This document shows positions 55,038 through 61,969 of a stretch of 64,000 nt of DNA, in pieces. The position numbers and the translations under genes are program-made. Position 1 is the first letter of the stretch, and each line of letters starts with the position of its first letter. This DNA is from Meiothermus sp. (GTDB lineage: Bacteria; Deinococcota; Deinococci; Deinococcales; Thermaceae). Under the pieces are notes generated by a model. The model saw only the letters and a program-made list of their open reading frames with translations, was not told the origin of the DNA and did not search any database. The stretch covers positions 10,670 through 74,669 of the forward strand of contig JANRLD010000072.1 in the NCBI GenBank assembly GCA_033762915.1, in the 5' to 3' direction.

Positions 55038-56531
55038 ATGTCCAGGTTTTTGAATATGACGGCGGGGGTCGTTTTGGCGGTGGCACTTTCGGCCTGCGGC
55101 ACCCAGGTTCCGGCCCCACAGGACGAGGCGCTACCACAGTCCGAGCTACAGCTGAATATGCAAGACGCGGCAGGGCCGACAGGGGAAAACCAGACTGCCC
55201 CGAGCGCTGAGGTGGCCTCGAGCAGCCTGTTGATCCCCTCCACGCTGGTGCTCGAGGGTGGGCAGCTCGACCACAGTTTTGGGAATCGTGGCCGCCTGAC
55301 CCTGCCCCTGGTCGGTGCCGGAATCTGGGCATTGGCCATGCAGCCGGATGGACGGATCGTGGCGGGTGGCTTCGGGAGTAATGGCGCCAATACTGTGACC
55401 ATGCTGGCCCGGATGCAGTCGGGCGGCGCGCTGGACTCGAGTTTCGGTCAGGGGGGACGGGTTCTTACGGCGGCCGGTTCACAGCACAGCGGGGTAACCA
55501 GTCTCGCCATGGGCCGGGACGGCAAGGTTTTAGCAGGCGGCTTCGCCCAAAACTACAGCATGAACCAGCGCACCGCCGACTTCTATCTGGCCCGATACAC
55601 CGCCGCTGGGGTGGCCGACGCGGGCAGCTTCGCGCCATCGGGCGGCGGCGGCCTGCTTACCAATTTCAGCTTCTGGGGGGACATTCAGGGCTTCACCGAC
55701 GACACCCTCAGCGCACTGGCGGTCCAACCAGACGGAAAGATCGTCGCAGCGGGTACCGCCCGACTAACCGAAACGGGCCGCTTGTTCGGGGCGGTGACCC
55801 GCTATAACCCAGACGGCAGCCTGGACGCTAGCTTCGGCAATGGCGGGAGGGTGGTGCTGGGTCAGGTGAACGGCTGGGTCTGGGCCATGGCACTCCAGCC
55901 CGACGGCAAGATCGTCCTGGGTGGCTCGAGCCTCAACGCACCCTCGCCGGGACTGAGCGGCTCGTTCTTCCGCCTAACGCGACTTCTGCCTGGCGGCCAG
56001 CTTGACGTTGGCTTCGGCCAAGGCGGCACGGCCATAACGGTAGTAGGGAGGGTTTGCAATCAGAACTTCTCCTCTCAGGTCAATGCCCTGGCGGTCCAGT
56101 CGGATGGAAAGATTGTGGCCGGCGGATCGGCCTGCAATGGAACCTTCCAAGTGACCGCTCTGGCCCGCTACAACGCCGATGGATTGCTCGACGGCAGCTT
56201 CGGTCTTGGCGGTTTGGTGATAACGCCAGCGGGGACCAGGGACAGCAGCATCAAAGCTCTGGCCTTGCAGCGTGACAGAAAAATTGTCGTAGCGGGCAAC
56301 GCCGTAAACGCCAGCGGCAACGGGGATCTGTACCTGGCCCGTTACACCGCCGCAGGTACCGCCGATGCTGCAGACTTTGCCCGCTCCGGCGGTGGCGGGC
56401 TGCTGACCGACTTTGGGGGAGACGAGCGGGCTGCGGCAGTGGCCATACAACCCGACGGGAGGATTCTGGTGGGCGGACAGTCTTGGCAGGGCGGAACTTC
56501 CAGGGCCGTTCTGGCTCGGTACTTCCAGTGA
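55038..56531 (+). CDS. Delta-60-repeat (DUF5122-like) beta-propeller lipoprotein
   Basis: RBS GGGAGGG; lipobox LSAC; about 7 repeats of ALA.QPDGKIV.GG...LARY...G.LD.SFG.GG. Confidence 0.88.
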   Translation: MSRFLNMTAGVVLAVALSACGTQVPAPQDEALPQSELQLNMQDAAGPTGENQTAPSAEVASSSLLIPSTLVLEGGQLDHSFGNRGRLTLPLVGAGIWALAMQPDGRIVAGGFGSNGANTVTMLARMQSGGALDSSFGQGGRVLTAAGSQHSGVTSLAMGRDGKVLAGGFAQNYSMNQRTADFYLARYTAAGVADAGSFAPSGGGGLLTNFSFWGDIQGFTDDTLSALAVQPDGKIVAAGTARLTETGRLFGAVTRYNPDGSLDASFGNGGRVVLGQVNGWVWAMALQPDGKIVLGGSSLNAPSPGLSGSFFRLTRLLPGGQLDVGFGQGGTAITVVGRVCNQNFSSQVNALAVQSDGKIVAGGSACNGTFQVTALARYNADGLLDGSFGLGGLVITPAGTRDSSIKALALQRDRKIVVAGNAVNASGNGDLYLARYTAAGTADAADFARSGGGGLLTDFGGDERAAAVAIQPDGRILVGGQSWQGGTSRAVLARYFQ

Positions 56532-56559
56532 AATACGGTCTCGCGAATGGGAGGCGGAG

Positions 56560-56754
56560 ATGAAACGAAGTTTGGTTTGGGTCGGGTTGGTGGTGCTGCT
56601 GATATTGACGGGGTGTGGCCGTGAAACTGGCGGAACTCCAAGCGTGCCGGGGGGGCCAGGGACACCAGAGGTACCCAGTACCCCAAGCCCAGGTGAAGGT
56701 AGACCGGTAGGGATTTGGGATCAAACCAGCTGGGATGCGACTACTTGGCAGTAG
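56560..56754 (+). CDS. 64-aa lipoprotein with Pro/Gly linker and C-terminal WDxxxWDxxxWQ motif
   Basis: RBS GGGAGG; MKRSLVWVGLVVLLILTGC lipobox; ends GIWDQTSWDATTWQ-stop, 15 bp before the next gene. Confidence 0.8.
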   Translation: MKRSLVWVGLVVLLILTGCGRETGGTPSVPGGPGTPEVPSTPSPGEGRPVGIWDQTSWDATTWQ

Positions 56755-56769
56755 AGGGCAGGGGGATTT

Positions 56770-58356
56770 ATGCGGGGAAACAGGATTAAGCACACGGCTC
56801 TAGGCTTTGCTCTGGCAACAGTGGGGATTTCGGTTTTTGGGGTAGGCAACCTCACCAGCTTCCAGGCCGGCACACCCATCAAAGCGGGCGAGGTTAACCA
56901 GAACTTCAACGTGCTCAAAGACGCGGTGTCGGCCCTCGAGAGTGGCAAGCAAAACGCGCTCATCGGCGGCCCCTGCCCGGCAGGGCAGTTTGTGCAGGGC
57001 ATCTCCGCCGACGGCGCGGTGAGCTGCGGAATAGACCAGGTGGGCTCGGCGGGCAGCGCCGGGGTGAGCAGCCTAAACGGTAAAACCGGGAGCTTGGCCC
57101 TCGAGGCGGGCAGCGGCATCAGCGTAGACAACAGTCAGGCCGGCCGGGTGATCCTAAGCGCAACCGTGGGCGGCGGACTCAGCCTCCCTTTCAGCGGAAG
57201 CCCCAACACCAACCAGAACGCCTTCCAAATCAACAACAGCGGCGGAAACGCCATATACGGGGGCAGCAGCCGCAACAACGGAATCGGTGTGTCGGGGGTT
57301 TCGGGCAATGGTTTGGGGGTGAGCGGCTACAGCGAGAGCGGCGTCGGGGTGGACGGGGTGAGCAATACCGGACGGGCGGGAGTCCGGGGAGTCGCCAACT
57401 CCGCCAACGGGAACGGGGTCGAGGGTAGGGCCAACGGAACTACCTCGGCGGGGGTCTTCGGCCTCAATCCGCTGGGCGCAGGGGTCTACGGTCAGACCAA
57501 TGCCGCCAACAACGCGGGCGTGGCGGGAGAGGGCACCAACTCGGGCGGCTACGGTGTATGGGGCCGCTCGGAGGGCGTGGGGGTGTACGGGCGAAGCGGA
57601 GCGGGCACCGGGGTTCAGGGCAACAGCGATCGCGGGGTGGGGGTAAGTGGTTTCTCTTTCGCACCAAGCGGCGTGGGGGTGCGCGGAACTGTCCAGGCCA
57701 GCACCACCATCAACGCGGTTGGGGTAGAAGGACTCAACACCGGTGGGCTGGGGTACGGCGTGCGAGGAGAGCACCGGGGCAATGGCTTCGGGGTTTTCGG
57801 CACATCGGCCGCAACTGGGGTAGGCGGCCAGTCTTCTGCGGGCTACGGGGTGCTGGGCCAGACCGGCAGCGGGGCCGCTGTGGTGGGGGAGGCCGATAAC
57901 GGCGATGTGTTTCGGGGCTTAAGGCGTGGCTCGAGCACCCTCACTACCCGCATCACCAGCAATGGTTTCGCCTATTTCCAGGGCGGGGTATACGTACGTG
58001 AGGTGCTGCTGACCTCTGACCGTAACGCTAAATCCAACTTCCGCATGGTTGACACCGGCCAGGTGCTCGAAAAGCTGGTAGCGCTACCGATTTCCCACTG
58101 GACCTACAAGTCCGACCCTTTTGCGGTGCAACACATCGGCCCCACCGCCCAGGACTTCAAGGCTGCTTTTGGTCTGGAGGGCGACGGTAAGACCATCAGC
58201 GCGGTGGACGGCCAAGGCGTGGCGCTGGCCGCCATACAAGGACTAAATCGCAAGCTCGAGCGCGAGGTCCAGGTGTTGCGGGACGAGAACCAGACCCTGC
58301 GGGATCACCTCGCTAGCCTCGAAGCGCGGTTAGCGCGGATTGAGACCGGCCGGTGA
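56770..58356 (+). CDS. Secreted tail-fibre-like protein: GVxG beta-repeat shaft plus C-terminal intramolecular chaperone (peptidase S74) and coiled coil
   Basis: N-terminal hydrophobic signal; FQAGTPIKAGEVNQNF; GVSSLNG; many GVxG repeats with ~11-15-residue period; TSDRNAK (Ser416/Lys421), W.YK, HIGPTAQDF, ALAAIQGL, heptad tail. Confidence 0.88.
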   Translation: MRGNRIKHTALGFALATVGISVFGVGNLTSFQAGTPIKAGEVNQNFNVLKDAVSALESGKQNALIGGPCPAGQFVQGISADGAVSCGIDQVGSAGSAGVSSLNGKTGSLALEAGSGISVDNSQAGRVILSATVGGGLSLPFSGSPNTNQNAFQINNSGGNAIYGGSSRNNGIGVSGVSGNGLGVSGYSESGVGVDGVSNTGRAGVRGVANSANGNGVEGRANGTTSAGVFGLNPLGAGVYGQTNAANNAGVAGEGTNSGGYGVWGRSEGVGVYGRSGAGTGVQGNSDRGVGVSGFSFAPSGVGVRGTVQASTTINAVGVEGLNTGGLGYGVRGEHRGNGFGVFGTSAATGVGGQSSAGYGVLGQTGSGAAVVGEADNGDVFRGLRRGSSTLTTRITSNGFAYFQGGVYVREVLLTSDRNAKSNFRMVDTGQVLEKLVALPISHWTYKSDPFAVQHIGPTAQDFKAAFGLEGDGKTISAVDGQGVALAAIQGLNRKLEREVQVLRDENQTLRDHLASLEARLARIETGR

Positions 58357-58568
58357 ATCAAGGGTCGAGAGAAAGGGTCGTTGGGGCGGTCTCGAGCGGC
58401 TCTACCCCTCGTCCACGGCCACTCTTGTGGGCGAAAGTTCGAAAGGTCAGGGTCGAGTCAGTCGCTCGAACATCGGAGTTCGCGGTGATCCAACCAAAGT
58501 TCTGTGAGGTTTTGGTAATGTGAGAATATAGCCACAGGCGTTTGGCGCTCTTCAGGGTGAGGTCGGGC

Positions 58569-61500
58569 ATGGTCGAGACCAGCCAGCGGGATTCGGCAGC
58601 GGCACTTCTCAAACTTAAGCAGGTGGTGCAGCGGCGGTGCGGGGCGGCGCTGGCGCTATGGGGTGAGCCGGGGGTGGGCAAATCCTACCTTGCCCGCCAG
58701 ACCCTCAAAGACCTTGGCTGCCGCAATCACAGCTTTCACGCCCGCGAGCCGCTATTCTCCGTTGTGAGGGGCCTGCCACGTCCCTCGGGACGCCAGACCC
58801 TTCCCGCCTGGGCCGAGACCATTCTGAACCGGATAGGCGAAGGCGAGGCCGTCGAGCCACGAAAATCCGCCGAGGCACTGGCCGCACTGCTGTCGGCATT
58901 GGCCCCCGTGGTGCTGTGTTTCGAGGACATCCACGAAGCCGACCCCGAACGGCTGGACTTGATCAAGACGCTGGCCCCGATGGTAAGCCGAAGCAAGGGT
59001 GTCGGGCTGCTGGTCACCGGACGCGCCCTTCCGCCTGAGGGGCTGGAGCCGGTGCGCCTTGAGCCACTGTCCGAAGAGGTTTCCCAGCGGCTGCTGGAAG
59101 GCGATATAGGCAACGAGTTGCCGGAGGCTGCACTGTCCTGGATCTATCGACGAGCGGTGGGCAACCCGCTGTTCAGCCTGGAATACGTACGCTTCCTCGC
59201 CCGACAGGGCTTTCTGTGGAACGACGGCCGGCGCTGGAACTGGCGCGAGCCGCCCGATCAGACCATGCCCCTCACCGTCGAAGCCTTGATCGAGCAGCAG
59301 TTGCTCGAGGCCGCGCGTGACGTGGCCAGCCGTCAGGCACTAGAGTCTAGGGCGGTGCTACCCCCAGTAGTCTCGGACTCGGTCTGGGCTGAGGTGGCGG
59401 GCCTGGATGTGGAGGTGCTAGATAGGACTCGGGAGACTCTCCAGCGGCTCGGAATCCTGCGCGGCTCCGAGTTCGCCCACCCGCTCTTCGGCGAGGTTCA
59501 GAGGCGGACGCTGCGCCCTGATCGGCGGCGCGAGTTGGCCAAGCGAGCCTTGCTGGCGCTGGGAGATATCAACTTGCGGGCGGCAGTGGAGTTTGTGCCC
59601 GACGCCGAGCTGAGCCCCGAAGAGTCGCTGGACTGGTTGACTCGAGCCGCCGAACTCGAGGTGGCAGCGGGCAACTCCATCCAGGCAGCGCGTCTGAGGG
59701 CGCGGGCAGTGCAGTACGCAGCGGGTGAGGAACGCGGGCGCATGGCACTCGAAGTAGCCCAGCAGCTCAAGTATCACGATCTCGATGCGTCACTCTCACT
59801 TTCCCAGATCGCCGCCATAAATCCGGCAAACGGGCCGCATGTAGCTGAACTTGTCGCAGGACTATTGGCGCGCCAGGGTCGAATTTCTGAACTCGAGAAA
59901 ACCCTAGCTCTTTTCCGAGTCAAGCCCCCAGAAGGCCCCGAGTGGGTGGCCGTGCTGGCTGGTGCTCGTTCGAGTGCAGGCGACCATAAAGGAGCGGTTA
60001 CGTTATGGCGTGAGCATCTCAAAGCCCGGATTAACATCCCGGCCTCCACTGTATACCAGATAGCTCACGCTCTATCTTCTACGGGGCATCTCCAGGAGGC
60101 CCTGGATCTCGTTGACTATGGGCTGGCACTGGCGAATTTGAGCATGTCAGAACGATGTGGATTGGGCCAGATCAAGGCCATTGTCGAGTTCCGCAAGGGC
60201 AATTTCTTGGATGCCGAGAAGCTGTTCGCCGAGGCACTAGACCAAGCCCGCCAGACTGATGTGCCAAGCCTAGTCGCAAAGTTGTGTTTCAATCACGCGG
60301 TAGCGCTTAAGGAACTTCAACTTTACGACGAGATGCAGCGACGCGTCGAAGAGGCAGTACTCATTTACCAGGAGATAGGAGAGTCCCGTAACGCCGCCCA
60401 TTCGCAAGTGTTACTTGCAGAGCATTTGATTGAGTACGGTAAATATGAGCAGGCTGAAACTCTTCTGCACGATGCGCTCAGCACCTTGCGTTTGCAAGAC
60501 GGCTTCAGTTTTTTAGTTGACTGTGAGGGGATGCTGAGCCTTCTCTACCGTTCATGGTTGCCGCCGCATGGAAAGGTATTGGCCCTGAAACATGCGGAGA
60601 GTGCTCTTCGCTGTGCACGATTATCTGGCAACTCGCGCCTTGTCGTTCAGGCCTTGTTCGACTATTCGGTGAGCCTGAGCCTGAATGGGGGGTTCGTAGC
60701 AGGCCGGCAGGCTGCCGAAGAGGCTCTAGCACTCACGGATTCATCGGATTACATCAACAGCTTCACCGGACTTCTCGCACGGGGGCTGGCCCTTGGGGCT
60801 GAAGGTAAGGGTGTTGAAGCTCTAGGTGACCTCAATGCCGCTCGCGCCGCTGCTGAAAAGGCTGGTCTTGGACCGAGGGCGAACGAGATTGGCCTCGAGA
60901 TCGCCCGCCTTACGGGAGACTTGAGCCTTGCCCGCGAGCTTCTGAGGTGGTTCGAGGAGCGCGGCCTGATGAACGGAGCAAATTTGGCCCGTCGCTACTT
61001 CCCCCAACTTGGCGATACCGCCTCGAAGCTCAATCCTGTCCAACCCACCCCCGGAATGCGCCTCGAGGTGCTAGGCCCGATTCGGCTCGAGGGCCAAGCC
61101 GTGAGAGGGCGAAAGCGCCAAGAACTGCTGGCTCTGTTGCTAGAGGCCCGAATTACCGGGCGGCGCGGGGTGGACAAACTCGAGCTGATCGACGCCCTCT
61201 ATCCTGGCGATGACGAGGCTCGGGCGGCCAGTTCGCTCAAAGCGCTGGTCAGTTCGACGCGGGCCGAGTTGGGGGCCGTGTTGCTCGAAACCACCCCCAC
61301 TGGCTACGCGCTGGGGGAGTCGGTGAGTTCTGATGTAGAGATGTTTTTGGGCGGCGGCGGGAGCGAACTTTGGCGCGGGGCCTTTCTCGAGGGCCTCACA
61401 CCCGCAGACGAGTCGGTGCGGGAGGCGGTTTACCTGGCCCTGCAGGCCCGAATCGAAGCCATCCTCGAGTCCGATCCCCGCGAGGCCGCCCGACTGGGCA

Positions 61501-61679
61501 GACTCCTGACCGATGCCGACCCCTACGACCCAGGAGCCTTGCGTCTGGCTCTGGGGGCTCTGCGCCGTGCCCAGAATCATAAGACCTTGAATCGACTGTA
61601 CGACGAGGCCAGAGAGCGGATGCTCGAGGTGGGCGAGCGGCTGCCCCCCACCTGGCAAGCTTTTTTAGGAAGTACTTAA
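58569..61679 (+). CDS. STAND-type ATPase-TPR-SARP (wHTH+BTAD) transcriptional regulator, intact
   Basis: GEPGVGKS, LCFEDIHE, GNPLF, TPR-like region, C-terminal MRLEVLGP...RKRQELLALLL...LIDALYP...GYAL...LWRGAFLEG...DPYD. Confidence 0.87.
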   Translation: MVETSQRDSAAALLKLKQVVQRRCGAALALWGEPGVGKSYLARQTLKDLGCRNHSFHAREPLFSVVRGLPRPSGRQTLPAWAETILNRIGEGEAVEPRKSAEALAALLSALAPVVLCFEDIHEADPERLDLIKTLAPMVSRSKGVGLLVTGRALPPEGLEPVRLEPLSEEVSQRLLEGDIGNELPEAALSWIYRRAVGNPLFSLEYVRFLARQGFLWNDGRRWNWREPPDQTMPLTVEALIEQQLLEAARDVASRQALESRAVLPPVVSDSVWAEVAGLDVEVLDRTRETLQRLGILRGSEFAHPLFGEVQRRTLRPDRRRELAKRALLALGDINLRAAVEFVPDAELSPEESLDWLTRAAELEVAAGNSIQAARLRARAVQYAAGEERGRMALEVAQQLKYHDLDASLSLSQIAAINPANGPHVAELVAGLLARQGRISELEKTLALFRVKPPEGPEWVAVLAGARSSAGDHKGAVTLWREHLKARINIPASTVYQIAHALSSTGHLQEALDLVDYGLALANLSMSERCGLGQIKAIVEFRKGNFLDAEKLFAEALDQARQTDVPSLVAKLCFNHAVALKELQLYDEMQRRVEEAVLIYQEIGESRNAAHSQVLLAEHLIEYGKYEQAETLLHDALSTLRLQDGFSFLVDCEGMLSLLYRSWLPPHGKVLALKHAESALRCARLSGNSRLVVQALFDYSVSLSLNGGFVAGRQAAEEALALTDSSDYINSFTGLLARGLALGAEGKGVEALGDLNAARAAAEKAGLGPRANEIGLEIARLTGDLSLARELLRWFEERGLMNGANLARRYFPQLGDTASKLNPVQPTPGMRLEVLGPIRLEGQAVRGRKRQELLALLLEARITGRRGVDKLELIDALYPGDDEARAASSLKALVSSTRAELGAVLLETTPTGYALGESVSSDVEMFLGGGGSELWRGAFLEGLTPADESVREAVYLALQARIEAILESDPREAARLGRLLTDADPYDPGALRLALGALRRAQNHKTLNRLYDEARERMLEVGERLPPTWQAFLGST

Positions 61680-61969
61680 CTCGATGATGGTTTTTTGCGC
61701 TATGGAACTTCCTTCTAGAGCGGCGAAGAGCGGGGGGCTGTAAAGAACTTTACGGTTCCGAGGGCGACTCGGCTCGGACTTCCCAATCAATGCCTTGCAG
61801 GCCAAGAGAGCCTCCCATCAGGGTGAGTGGGGCAGAGATTGGGCTGGGAAATCTTAATCGGCGAAACCGCCCCAAAAGGTAACCGGCAGCTAACCAGGGC
61901 TGTCGCATCATTTCCCCATCGAAAGCGAGGCCGACCGCAGACGCGGCGCCGAGCAGAGGGGGAAACGCG

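Noticed and set aside
56770..58356. Prophage
   Set aside because: Only a fibre-like gene, and it has a signal peptide; no integrase, terminase, capsid, portal or lysis genes in the window.
50184..61679. Avs-type antiphage STAND system
   Set aside because: No nuclease, TIR, SIR2 or protease effector is fused; the output domain looks like a SARP DNA-binding unit. A defence-related role is not excluded but is not supported.
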